A stretch of 64,000 nucleotides of DNA from a candidate division WOR-1 bacterium RIFCSPHIGHO2_01_FULL_53_15. Its GTDB lineage: Bacteria; Margulisbacteria; WOR-1; O2-12-FULL-45-9; XYB2-FULL-48-7. The notes under the pieces are model-generated. The model was given only the letters and a program-made list of their open reading frames with translations. It was not told where the DNA came from and searched no databases. The first letter of the stretch is position 1. Each line of letters starts with the position of its first letter. The translations under genes were made by a program, and so were the position numbers. The stretch lies in NCBI GenBank assembly GCA_001772335.1, contig METM01000021.1, positions 57,130 to 121,129 of the forward strand, written 5' to 3'. Below, one piece after another: positions 55,810 through 64,000 of the stretch.

Positions 55810-56431
55810 ATCTCTCCTCGTAGTAGGGCCTCACCCTGAATTTTACACCCAGATCGGCGGCAATACTTGCGCATTTTTCTTTGTCGACAGTGGGCATGTC
55901 AACGATCGAGGCTTCGACGTCGGGAATGTATTTCTTGGCCTCTTTAATGAATTCAACAACTGCCGGGTAGGCCTTTTGGCCATAAAAAGAATGGCAGATC
56001 TTGTCGTAGACTTCCGAGCTTTCGGCGTTCAGGCTGACAGAAACAAAATCGATCAGCCCCTTCAATTCCGGCAAGATGTTCCTGCCCCAGAAAAGATTTG
56101 CCAGTCCGTTTGTGTCAATTCTAATATTAATACATTGTTTGGATTTTGATATTTGGATTTTGGATTTCAATTCGGCGGCAATAGCTTTGACGACGTCAAG
56201 CCGAATTGTTGGTTCTCCATATCCGCAGAAAACGATCTCCTTATATTTAGACGGCTTCTCTCCGATCGCTGCCATCAGCTCTTCCACTGTTGGTTCCTGT
56301 TCCAGCCAGAGGAGATATTTCTGGTTGAATCCCCGGCTCTTGTAGCGAACGCAGAACGGGCACTGGTTGGAACATCGGTTGGTGATGTTGAGATAGAGAT
56401 TTTCGCCAACAGGGTAGGCGATAGCGTCCAT
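55799..56431 (-). CDS. small radical SAM protein (TatD-associated-type family)
   Basis: 210 aa. CSNQCPFC (CX3CX2C) lies near the N-terminus in LYLNITNRCSNQCPFCVR. It overlaps the lpdA-like start by 11 nt. Confidence 0.7.
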   Translation of the reverse strand: MDAIAYPVGENLYLNITNRCSNQCPFCVRYKSRGFNQKYLLWLEQEPTVEELMAAIGEKPSKYKEIVFCGYGEPTIRLDVVKAIAAELKSKIQISKSKQCINIRIDTNGLANLFWGRNILPELKGLIDFVSVSLNAESSEVYDKICHSFYGQKAYPAVVEFIKEAKKYIPDVEASIVDMPTVDKEKCASIAADLGVKFRVRPYYEERYVR

Positions 56432-56437
56432 ATTAAA

Positions 56438-56446
56438 ATTATATCA
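56438..56446 (-). promoter_or_regulatory. extended -10 TGaTATAAT, 6 nt before the radical-SAM ATG (leaderless configuration)
   Basis: The minus strand reads tgatataat tttaat ATG. Confidence 0.5.
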
Positions 56447-56458
56447 TGAGTTTCGTAA

Positions 56459-56518
56459 CCCCACACTAAAGTGTGGGGAATATATATTGAGGATAATTCC
56501 CCATACTTCAGTATGGGG
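56459..56518. repeat. two related 8-bp-stem hairpins 40 bp apart in a divergent promoter region
   Basis: ccccacac taaa gtgtgggg (56459-56478) and ccccatac ttca gtatgggg (56499-56518). Confidence 0.8.
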
Positions 56519-56535
56519 ATTCTCACCTTATCATC

Positions 56536-56563
56536 TGAAATTCTCTGCGGAAAGAGGCGAAGA
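56536..56563 (+). promoter_or_regulatory. promoter-like motif copy 6: TGAAAT-N16-CGAAGA
   Basis: tgaaat tctctgcggaaagagg cgaaga, 48 nt before GTG 56612. Confidence 0.4.
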
Positions 56564-56611
56564 ACATTCGTGGTAATAACAACGCCTTAAGTTCAGCGCG
56601 CGGTCAGCCGG

Positions 56612-58174
56612 GTGATTGAGCGGATCCGACACGGCCGGCCTCTGCGCGAGGTCATAACTCGTAAATCGCAGCTCAACCTGGAATTTGTTGCCTCTTTTCG
56701 ACCGACCGAAGCGCGGGCCTTCCTGAAAAATATTCTGCGCCTCGATCATCTGGCGATTCCGATCGAAAGAATAGCCATTCCTCAAAATCTTGGAAAGTTC
56801 GAAAATCTTGATGTGTTGCAAGAATTGGGCCGGACGAGATTCGTCGTCGCGCTGATGGATCGCGCGGGCGGGTTGGATGCGCGCCAGGCCGGTTTAAGGA
56901 ACAAGCCTGGGTACCGCGATCTGACGCCGAAATATCAATTTCATTCTCCGGCCGACCTAGAATTGATGCTGGCTGACGCGAGTGCCGCCGCGCGCCTCCT
57001 TGATGGACGGCTGGAGAAAGGATCAGGGACGAATAACTCGCCCTTGAAGCTTGAGCCGGCATCGGGCAGACCGGGAGCCTGGCAAATACGGCAGAAAGTT
57101 TATCGCAGGACGGCTTCCGGCGAGATCAGGGAAGAAATTGAGGGCCGCCGGGTGGCGACTGGCCGGATCACCGCTATGCTTCGGCACGAGATCGAGAGCA
57201 TCGAGGAAGAGATCGAAAAAAATATTGGATTTCTTTTGGCGCTTTCGAAAGCCGCCGCGGCGCCGGCCGAGGTCCACTGGGATGAGTTATTCGATCTCTA
57301 CCTCGAGTTCACTGGCTTCCTTGTTCCGCGCAAGAGGAAAGCGGCGATCGAGATCGAATGGGCGCTCCAGCTCCTGCCGGTCGGCACGGATGATGCACTG
57401 CGGCAGGCCGGGTATCTTTTGCGCCAGGCGGTTGAGGATATCGGCCTGCGCCAACGGGACCTCCTCGTCCAGAAAGACAGAATAACGTTCCTCAAGACAG
57501 AGGCCGGGCAGAGGATCAGCGGAGAGCTCCGGAAATTCGCCGAAGAGACCTGCTCGGCGCTCGCCAGCCATGATGTGCTGACCGAGCCTGAACGCCTGCG
57601 GAAAATATACAGAAATCTGGGGATTTTCCTGGGGACTTTTTTAAGAGGTGAGATGAGAGAGCCCTGGCTGCAGCGGGCAAAGAGCCGGGTTTACGGACTA
57701 AAGAAGATATTGCCGGCAATGATCGTTATCGTTAACGAAAGAAACGCGATGATCGATAATGTGAACAAACTCAGGATTCAATATCAGGCCTGGTGGCGAG
57801 AAGCCGCGGCAGGGCCTGGATCAGCCGCGGCAATAGAGGCCCGGATCGCTAAAAAAGAAGGAGAGGTTTTGAGCTCGGTCAAAGAGGCGCTGGAATTATT
57901 GCGTGAGTTGAGCGACCGGCTGATCGGGGGGTTGCGCAAGGGCGGGGAACATATTTTGCGTCTGGAAAATGATCTGACTTTTGGGGCTGAAGGAAAAAGG
58001 ATGTCAGCGGAGATCATGGACGTTGTTTTGCATGATAAGCTGGCCCGCTTTGACCGGTTGAAGGATTATGTCTCTGCCTGGGGTAAGAAAGGGGAACCGC
58101 TCGGCCGGGCGCTGCGTGTCGATGCCTTGAAGATGGGGCTGATCTTTAAGGCCTCCGGGGGCGGAAAAAGCTAA
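56612..58174 (+). CDS. hypothetical protein, largely helical
   Basis: 520-aa ORF with no recognisable motif. The start is uncertain (GTG 56612, or ATG 56855). A promoter-like motif lies upstream. Confidence 0.4.
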   Translation: MIERIRHGRPLREVITRKSQLNLEFVASFRPTEARAFLKNILRLDHLAIPIERIAIPQNLGKFENLDVLQELGRTRFVVALMDRAGGLDARQAGLRNKPGYRDLTPKYQFHSPADLELMLADASAAARLLDGRLEKGSGTNNSPLKLEPASGRPGAWQIRQKVYRRTASGEIREEIEGRRVATGRITAMLRHEIESIEEEIEKNIGFLLALSKAAAAPAEVHWDELFDLYLEFTGFLVPRKRKAAIEIEWALQLLPVGTDDALRQAGYLLRQAVEDIGLRQRDLLVQKDRITFLKTEAGQRISGELRKFAEETCSALASHDVLTEPERLRKIYRNLGIFLGTFLRGEMREPWLQRAKSRVYGLKKILPAMIVIVNERNAMIDNVNKLRIQYQAWWREAAAGPGSAAAIEARIAKKEGEVLSSVKEALELLRELSDRLIGGLRKGGEHILRLENDLTFGAEGKRMSAEIMDVVLHDKLARFDRLKDYVSAWGKKGEPLGRALRVDALKMGLIFKASGGGKS

Positions 58175-59637
58175 GAGGCGAGATTTTTCTTCAACAACTG
58201 ATTGGCCAGCGCCGGGTTGGCCCGGCCTTTTGAGAGTTTCATGACCTGGCCGACCAGGAACATCATGACCGTTTCTTTGCCCGCCTTGAACTGCTCGACC
58301 TGCTTCGGATTGTTCTTTATCACTTCCTGAATAATTTTATTTAATTCATTTTCATTGCTGATCTGGGTCAGGCCCGACTCGGCGATCACGTCCTTGACCT
58401 GTTTGCCGGTCTTTAAGACCTCAAGAAGCACGGTTTTTGCGATCTTGTTGCTTAGCGTCCCGTCTTCGATCAGCTTGAGGATCTCGGCCAACTGGGCCGG
58501 CGTCAGCTCGAGTTGCGAGAAGGACTTTTTGTTCTCATTCAGGAACGCGGCGATGTCGCCGACGAGCCAGTTGGCAATGGCCGTAGCTTTGGGATAGAGT
58601 TTGACCGTTTCTTCCAAGAAGTCGGCGGTCGATTTGCTCGCCACGAGCAAACCGGCGATCTCGGGCTGGAGGCCGAGATCGCCGACAAAGCGCTCCTTTC
58701 TTGCGGCGGGCAGTTCGCCCAAACTTTTCCTTATCTCTGCCACCCATTCCGACTCCGGCTCGAGCGGCACGAGGTCCGGCTCGGGGAAATATCTGTAGTC
58801 ATGGGCGTATTCTTTGCCGCGCATTCCCGTCGTCGTCTCCGTTATGTCATCAAAGAATCGCGTCTCCTGGATTATCCTGCCGCCTTCTTCAACCACTTCG
58901 ATGTGGCGCTTTTCTTCAGCGAGGAGCGCTTTGTCGACTGCTTTAAATGAATTCATGTTCTTGACTTCGGTTTTTACTCCGAACTCCTTGCTTCCAACCG
59001 GCCGTATCGAGATATTCGCGTCACAGCGCAGGGACCCTTCCTCCATTCTCGCATCACAAACCCCGATATACTGCAGGAGGTTGGCCAGGGTCTGCATATA
59101 AACCGCGGCTTCTTTCGGCGAGCGGAGGTCGGGCTCGGAGACGATCTCCATGAGAGGGGTGCCTGTCCGGTTGTAATCGACGAGTGATTCTTCGGAGCCC
59201 ATGATCCGGCCTGCCTGCCGGCCAGGCAGGGCGGCGCCGACGTGGACGAGCTTGCCGGCGTCTTCTTCAAGATGGACGCGCGTGATGCCGATCCGCTTTT
59301 TTTGGCCGTCGACTTCGATTTCGAGATGACCTTTGGTCGCCAGCGGCAATTCATACTGCGAGATCTGGTAATCCTTGGGCAGGTCAGGATAAAAATAGTG
59401 TTTGCGGGCAAAGATCGAGGAGGGCTCGATCTTGCAATTGAGCGCGATCGCCGTCTCGATCGCCAGCTCGACTGCCTTCTTGTTAGTCACGGGCAGGGAG
59501 CCGGGCTGTCCCGTGCAGATCGGGCAGATGTTGGTGTTGGGGGGCGCCCCGAACTTCGTCGGGCAGGCGCAGAACATCTTGCTCTGTGTCAGGAGTTGGG
59601 CGTGGGTTTCGAGCCCGATGACCGTTTCGTATTTCAT
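58171..59637 (-). CDS. gatB: Asp-tRNA(Asn)/Glu-tRNA(Gln) amidotransferase subunit B
   Basis: Contains YETVIGLETHAQL, ICPICTGQPGSLP, RKHYFYPDLPKDYQISQ, GITRVHLEEDAGK and a C-terminal YqeY-like tail. Confidence 0.95.
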   Translation of the reverse strand: MKYETVIGLETHAQLLTQSKMFCACPTKFGAPPNTNICPICTGQPGSLPVTNKKAVELAIETAIALNCKIEPSSIFARKHYFYPDLPKDYQISQYELPLATKGHLEIEVDGQKKRIGITRVHLEEDAGKLVHVGAALPGRQAGRIMGSEESLVDYNRTGTPLMEIVSEPDLRSPKEAAVYMQTLANLLQYIGVCDARMEEGSLRCDANISIRPVGSKEFGVKTEVKNMNSFKAVDKALLAEEKRHIEVVEEGGRIIQETRFFDDITETTTGMRGKEYAHDYRYFPEPDLVPLEPESEWVAEIRKSLGELPAARKERFVGDLGLQPEIAGLLVASKSTADFLEETVKLYPKATAIANWLVGDIAAFLNENKKSFSQLELTPAQLAEILKLIEDGTLSNKIAKTVLLEVLKTGKQVKDVIAESGLTQISNENELNKIIQEVIKNNPKQVEQFKAGKETVMMFLVGQVMKLSKGRANPALANQLLKKNLAS

Positions 59638-60773
59638 TTCTTCTTTTTCACTCCGACCGGCCGCTCGATCAATTCTTTGAGGTCTTCATCGGAGAGTCCC
59701 TTCAGGTTAAGCCACTGCTTTTCGACCGGGATATAGATCTCGGCCGAATATTTACCCTGTTTTTCCTTGACCGCCAGGAGCTTGCCCTCGCTGAATTCCC
59801 AGACATATAAATATTCAAAGGTGCGGGGGCCCGGCATGGGGAGCTTCGCGATAGCTTCCTTGAGCGCTCTCTCCTTTTCCTCCGCCTCGGCCTTTTGCCT
59901 CTCCAATTCTTTTTCCTTGAGCGCTAACAGTTCTTCCTGCGCCGCCAACAGGCGCTCTTTCTCCTTGATCGCCGCCAGCCGCTCCCGCTCTTTCTCTTCC
60001 TTCGCTTTTTGTTTTGCTGACTCTCTTTCTTTTTCTCTGGCGGCCAACAATTCTTTCTGCGCCGCTAACAGATGCTCTTTCTCTTTGATCGCCGCCAGAC
60101 GCCGGCGTTCTTTCTCTTCCTTTTCTTTTTGCACCGCCAGCTCCCTGACTTTTTCCCGGGCCGCTGCTAATTCTTTCTCTTTTTGAATCGCTTCCTGTTT
60201 TGCTTTTTCCCGGGCCGCCAATAACCGTTCTTTCTCTCTTTGCGCGGCCAGTTGTCGTTCTTTTTCTTTCTGCGCGGCAAGTTGACGAGCTCTTTCCCTG
60301 GCTCTTAGCGTTTCCGGGCTGACGGCCGGTTTCTTCTTGCGGGCGGTGGTTTTCCGGGCGGCTTTGACCTCGGCGATCGATTTTTCTATCTTCTCCTTCG
60401 GCACGAAGACCTTAAAGACGTTGACCTCCGACTTGCGCACGATCAGATATTTCTTGATGACGCGCAGGCCCTCGTAGTTGATCGTCAGAGTCAGGTATTT
60501 TTCGCCGGCGGCCAGTTTGACCGGAGCGCGGAAGTTCCCGCCAGCGTCGAAAGCGACCGGCTTGCCGTTGACGGAGACCGAGCGCACGCCCGGCGCCGCC
60601 TGGCCGTAGATATCGCCGGAGACCGGAGGGTACTTCTTTATGTCCGCCTGGGTAGCCGCAAGAGCGGCCAGGCAAATGACAAATGACAAATGACAAATGA
60701 CAAATGCGATCAGGAAACCGGCGAATAAACTTCGCGGTTTCCTGATCGTCTCAGATTTCCAAAACTCAAACAT
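59634..60773 (-). CDS. membrane-anchored repetitive coiled-coil protein inserted between gatA and gatB
   Basis: It has an N-terminal TM/signal segment ([25 protein letters not shown]), a beta-rich region, then a Lys/Glu/Ala/Arg-rich repeat region ([17 protein letters not shown]) with a 120-bp DNA duplication (59939-60010 against 60059-60130). The start is ATG 60773, or the upstream ATG 60809. Both ends overlap the gat genes. Confidence 0.5.
   Translation of the reverse strand: MFEFWKSETIRKPRSLFAGFLIAFVICHLSFVICLAALAATQADIKKYPPVSGDIYGQAAPGVRSVSVNGKPVAFDAGGNFRAPVKLAAGEKYLTLTINYEGLRVIKKYLIVRKSEVNVFKVFVPKEKIEKSIAEVKAARKTTARKKKPAVSPETLRARERARQLAAQKEKERQLAAQREKERLLAAREKAKQEAIQKEKELAAAREKVRELAVQKEKEEKERRRLAAIKEKEHLLAAQKELLAAREKERESAKQKAKEEKERERLAAIKEKERLLAAQEELLALKEKELERQKAEAEEKERALKEAIAKLPMPGPRTFEYLYVWEFSEGKLLAVKEKQGKYSAEIYIPVEKQWLNLKGLSDEDLKELIERPVGVKKKK
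60673..60706. repeat. tandem heptanucleotide repeat (CAAATGA) x 4.9 inside the 5' part of the coiled-coil CDS
   Basis: caaatga caaatga caaatga caaatga caaatg. On the coding strand it reads TCATTTG and encodes [12 protein letters not shown]. Confidence 0.9.
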
Positions 60774-62223
60774 TTGGTTTGGCCTTGTGCCAATCCGTGT
60801 TCTGCTCATAAGTAAAAGCCGCTCGGAGAATTATTTCTTCGGCGAAGGCCCGACCGATGATCTGCAGGCCGATAGGGAGTTTGTTCGAAAAGCCGCAGGG
60901 GAGCGAGATCGCCGGCAGACCGGCCAGGTTGACCGGAATCGTGGCAATATCCGAGAGATACATCGAGAGCGGGTCGGCCGTTTTTTCGCCGAGCTTAAAG
61001 GCGATGGTGGGCGCGGTTGGCGAGATAAGGATATCGCAGGCGCCGAGCGCTTTTTCAAAGTCCTGTTTGATCAGTGTCCTGACCTTGAGCGCCTTGAGAT
61101 AATACGCGTCGTAATAGCCGGCGGAGAGGGCGTAGGTGCCGAGCATTATTCTTCTCTTGACTTCCGGGCCGAAACCTTCGCGCCGCGTATTGTAATACAT
61201 CGTCAGAATATCTTTCGCCGCCTTGCTGCGGCGCCCGAACTTGACGCCGTCAAAGCGCGCCAGGTTTGAGCTGGCCTCGGCGGTGGCGATCAGATAATAG
61301 GTTGCCACGGCGTATTCAAAAGAGGGAAGGGAGACCTCGATCATTTCAGCTCCCAGGTTGGCAAAAGTATCGGCCGCTTTCTTGACCGCCGCTTTGACCT
61401 CCGGATCGATCCCTTGCCCCATCAGTTCCTTGATCAGGCCGACTCTCATTTTTTTGACGTTATTGACGAGCGCCTTGCGGTAGTCGGGGACCGGCAGGTC
61501 GACGGAAGTCGAATCGAGCTCATCGCGGCCTGCCATCACGTTCATCATGATGGCGGCATCGGTCATGTCTTTGGTGATCGGGCCGATCTGGTCAAGGGAA
61601 GAAGCAAAGGCGACGAGGCCGTAGCGCGAGACGCGGCCGTAGGTCGGTTTGAGCCCGACGACGCCGCAAAAAGCGGCCGGCTGGCGGATCGAGCCGCCGG
61701 TGTCGGAGCCGGTCGCGAGAATGGCTTCAGCGGCGGCAATAGCGGCGGCGGAACCGCCGGAGGAGCCGCCGGGAACGGCCTCTAAATTCCAAGGATTGCG
61801 CGTCACATGGTTGGCCGAATTTTCGGTTGAAGAGCCCATGGCAAACTCGTCAAGATTGGTCTTCCCGATGATCACGGCGCCGGCCTCTTTTAATTTTGTC
61901 ACGACGGTCGCGTCATAGGGCGGGATATAATTTGAGAGTATCTTTGACGAGCAGGTGGTCAGGATCCCCTTCGTGCACATATTGTCCTTGACCGCGACAG
62001 GGATGCCGGTGAGTTGGGATATTGGGATATCGGGGGATCGGGAGATTTGGCGATCCGCTGCGCGGGCCTGTTCGAGCGCTTCTTCCTTATTGAGCGTGAC
62101 GTAAGCCCTGATCTTGTCTTCGGCTTTTTCGATCCGGGCAAAGACCGCCTGCGTGATCTCGACGGAGCTTGTCTTTTTATTGATCAGGAGATTATGGAGT
62201 TCATGGGCCGTTTTCCCGTGCAT
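60766..62223 (-). CDS. gatA: Asp-tRNA(Asn)/Glu-tRNA(Gln) amidotransferase subunit A
   Basis: Carries the amidase signature [13 protein letters not shown] and surrounding blocks ([22 protein letters not shown]). Confidence 0.95.
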   Translation of the reverse strand: MHGKTAHELHNLLINKKTSSVEITQAVFARIEKAEDKIRAYVTLNKEEALEQARAADRQISRSPDIPISQLTGIPVAVKDNMCTKGILTTCSSKILSNYIPPYDATVVTKLKEAGAVIIGKTNLDEFAMGSSTENSANHVTRNPWNLEAVPGGSSGGSAAAIAAAEAILATGSDTGGSIRQPAAFCGVVGLKPTYGRVSRYGLVAFASSLDQIGPITKDMTDAAIMMNVMAGRDELDSTSVDLPVPDYRKALVNNVKKMRVGLIKELMGQGIDPEVKAAVKKAADTFANLGAEMIEVSLPSFEYAVATYYLIATAEASSNLARFDGVKFGRRSKAAKDILTMYYNTRREGFGPEVKRRIMLGTYALSAGYYDAYYLKALKVRTLIKQDFEKALGACDILISPTAPTIAFKLGEKTADPLSMYLSDIATIPVNLAGLPAISLPCGFSNKLPIGLQIIGRAFAEEIILRAAFTYEQNTDWHKAKPNV

Positions 62224-62501
62224 TATTCAATGATCCTCGGGACCCTGAACATGTGGTTGGCTTCTTCCGGCGCGTTGGCCATGATTGCCTCGATGTCGGA
62301 GCAGGGGATGACCTTGTCCTCCCGGTAGACATTCTTGAGGGCGATGGCGTGCGAAGTCGGCGGCACGCGTTCCGTGTCCAATTTTTTCAGGTTATCAGCA
62401 TAGTCGAGGATAGCGGAGAGCTGTTTTTCAAAAAGTGTTTTTTCTTCTTCACTCAAGCCAAGCCGGGCGAGCTTGGCCACGTGGTCAACATCAATCTTCA
62501 T
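62223..62501 (-). CDS. gatC: Asp-tRNA(Asn)/Glu-tRNA(Gln) amidotransferase subunit C
   Basis: 92 aa. [36 protein letters not shown] is typical of GatC. Its stop overlaps the gatA start. Confidence 0.9.
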   Translation of the reverse strand: MKIDVDHVAKLARLGLSEEEKTLFEKQLSAILDYADNLKKLDTERVPPTSHAIALKNVYREDKVIPCSDIEAIMANAPEEANHMFRVPRIIE

Positions 62502-62507
62502 GCGGCT

Positions 62508-62536
62508 ATTATATCAAGTCGAGAGGGGAAGGGCAA
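62508..62536 (-). promoter_or_regulatory. sigma-70-like promoter TTGCCC-N17-(TGa)TATAAT, with the -10 element 6 nt before the gatC ATG (leaderless configuration)
   Basis: The minus strand reads ttgccc ttcccctctcgacttga tataat agccgc ATG. Confidence 0.5.
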
Positions 62537-62562
62537 AGCCTCTCACGAGCCGGTCGTTAGCG

Positions 62563-64000
62563 TTAAAGCCAGCCGACCAGCCAGGAACGCAGCAGCGGGT
62601 CGCCGTAGCGAAGAGCCAAGTGCCGGTACGCCTCAATTTTTAAATGGAGATGAAAACCGGGGAAGCGCCGCTTGATTTCTTGGTTATGCAATAATTCGAC
62701 CAGCGCCGCATCGGTTAACTGACTCGGATCAAACCTATTTTTGCTATCAAGGTCAAAAACGAAATGGCGCCAGCGGGCCTCCCCAGCCGGGCGCGCTGTC
62801 AAAAAGGCGGTTTTCAGCGGCCGATCACCCCGCTCAAAAGCCGCCCGGTCAGGATAAAAATCGGCCAATTTAAACTTGCTGAGCGAGCCAATTTCCCGCG
62901 CGACGCAAAAAACTTCCGCCGGCAGAGGGGCAAGCGGCAAATGAGAAAGCATGACGCGCTGACCGCGAAGCGATTTTAAAAATTCCACCGTGGCTCCCTG
63001 GGAATGGCGTTTCGTCGCCGCCCAGGTTGAAAATAACAGCGCATCTCCCTGGTCGGCAAACAAAGCCGATCCATGCTGAACGGTCGCGGCATGTTTGCTC
63101 CGCAAGGCGGCATTTCGGGTTTTCACCAGTTGCCAGGCGCCGGCGCGGCGTTCAGCCACCAGCAGCCCTTCGGCTTTAAGCGGCGGCTTGTTTTCCTGGA
63201 AGGCCGCGCGGCTCTCATGCAGCCAGGCGAATTTTTGGTCCCCGCTTTGCTTCAATACGCCGAATATTTTTTGGCCGCGCCGCCGGGCGCCGACATACAG
63301 CACAAGGCTGCCGCCGTCAAAATAGATCTGCAAGCAGCCGTTTGAACTAACTTTCCACTCTGGCATTTCCAGACAAGCGTTCGGCGCCTGGTCAGTGAGC
63401 AAAAAATTTTTGAGCGCGGCTATGGGCGCCCGGTGCGCCGCCTGGCCACCGGCCCGACTAAGAACGACGAACGGCTCTAACAGCTGCCACTGCTTTAGAG
63501 CTTTGACGGCGACGCGGTAGGCGCCCAGCGGCTCTCCGGCCGTTTGATCTTCATCAGCGTACACGGACATGATTTTTTCCGGCCGCTTGGTTTTGGGATT
63601 AATCTGTTCGTGTATGATAACAAAGACCTGATCATAGGCGGCGTAACCGCTCAGCAACTGCGGCCGCGCGCTCCCGGGAACAAATAAATAGCCAGTGTGT
63701 AAACCGCGGCGCTGTTCGGTCCCCGGGTGATAAACTGTCCAGTATCGTTTGTGGGTGCGTTCGCCGGCATCCTGAAGCAAAAAGTCAATCATCCGCCGGT
63801 TGGCGCGCTTTTTTTCTTGCAGCGGGCTCTGGGAGGTCTGCGTTACCGGTTTATCGCACACGACCCAGGCCCCGCCAACTTTTCGTGCCACGATGTACTC
63901 GATCGCGGCATATTCAATTTCACCCCAATATCTTTTGTCGCTCCAGCCGTAAAGCTTTTTGACCAGGTGCCTGGTTGCGACGTCTGTTTCCTCGCGGATG
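62563..64000 (-). CDS. hypothetical protein (5' end probably outside the window)
   Basis: The ORF track starts it at GTG 63891. The same frame stays open to base 64000 (..HLVKKLYGWSDKRYWGEIEYAAIEYIV-ARKVGG..). I recognised no motif. Confidence 0.4.
   Translation of the reverse strand, partial: IREETDVATRHLVKKLYGWSDKRYWGEIEYAAIEYIVARKVGGAWVVCDKPVTQTSQSPLQEKKRANRRMIDFLLQDAGERTHKRYWTVYHPGTEQRRGLHTGYLFVPGSARPQLLSGYAAYDQVFVIIHEQINPKTKRPEKIMSVYADEDQTAGEPLGAYRVAVKALKQWQLLEPFVVLSRAGGQAAHRAPIAALKNFLLTDQAPNACLEMPEWKVSSNGCLQIYFDGGSLVLYVGARRRGQKIFGVLKQSGDQKFAWLHESRAAFQENKPPLKAEGLLVAERRAGAWQLVKTRNAALRSKHAATVQHGSALFADQGDALLFSTWAATKRHSQGATVEFLKSLRGQRVMLSHLPLAPLPAEVFCVAREIGSLSKFKLADFYPDRAAFERGDRPLKTAFLTARPAGEARWRHFVFDLDSKNRFDPSQLTDAALVELLHNQEIKRRFPGFHLHLKIEAYRHLALRYGDPLLRSWLVGWL

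Noticed and set aside
56459-56518. Possible CRISPR repeats (palindromic GC-rich repeats with a spacer).
   Set aside because: There are only two copies, each 20 bp long and differing at several positions. There is no array and there are no cas genes. They are treated as regulatory hairpins instead.
56531-56821. 96-aa minus-strand ORF overlapping the 5' end of the 520-aa gene.
   Set aside because: It has no motif and no start context. It would run into the promoter-like motif of the opposite strand. I kept the longer plus-strand ORF, although its own start is uncertain.

Overview
This is a 64-kb window from a moderately GC-rich bacterium. It looks anaerobic and diderm: it has an SLH-anchored outer-membrane protein and two 2-oxoacid:ferredoxin oxidoreductase sets, and I saw no respiratory genes. 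I support about 49 protein genes and one tRNA. I recognised no rRNA, CRISPR array, transposase or integrase.

The ordinary backbone is argH (3' part)-ndk, TPM-TPM-LemA, pepA, metG, a GspF/pseudopilin pair, an Opp/Dpp-type ABC transporter, eno, tRNA-Gly(GCC), gpmI, an lpdA-like gene with a small radical-SAM gene, and gatC-gatA-[inserted gene]-gatB. Accessory content is two AbiEi/AbiEii modules, an ORF6N protein, a DUF4143-type ATPase, a repeat-flanked four-helix-bundle gene, and a giant beta-helix adhesin translationally coupled to a barrel+SLH outer-membrane protein.

The part most worth a second look is 34.4-51.4 kb. It is a compact locus of strongly divergent paralogues of almost every lower-glycolysis/gluconeogenesis enzyme:
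- a TIM-like protein that has lost both catalytic residues;
- a bona fide PPDK plus two PPDK-derived proteins that lack the PEP/pyruvate barrel;
- a 1177-aa protein with an HExxH hydrophobic N-terminus fused to a circularly permuted enolase;
- a Com-type zinc ribbon;
- PGK-like, class-I-aldolase-like and class-3-FBPase-like proteins.

A normal enolase and a normal gpmI sit next to this locus. The locus, an architecturally odd 5-gene OFOR operon and one hypothetical gene all carry the same promoter-like motif, TGAAAT-N16-CGAWAR (six copies). Housekeeping genes instead show TGNTATAAT placed exactly 6 nt before the ATG, a leaderless configuration.

Several short relics of gene tails record insertions or rearrangements around the AbiE modules and the adhesin operon. 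All homology calls are by-eye motif alignments; no database search was possible.
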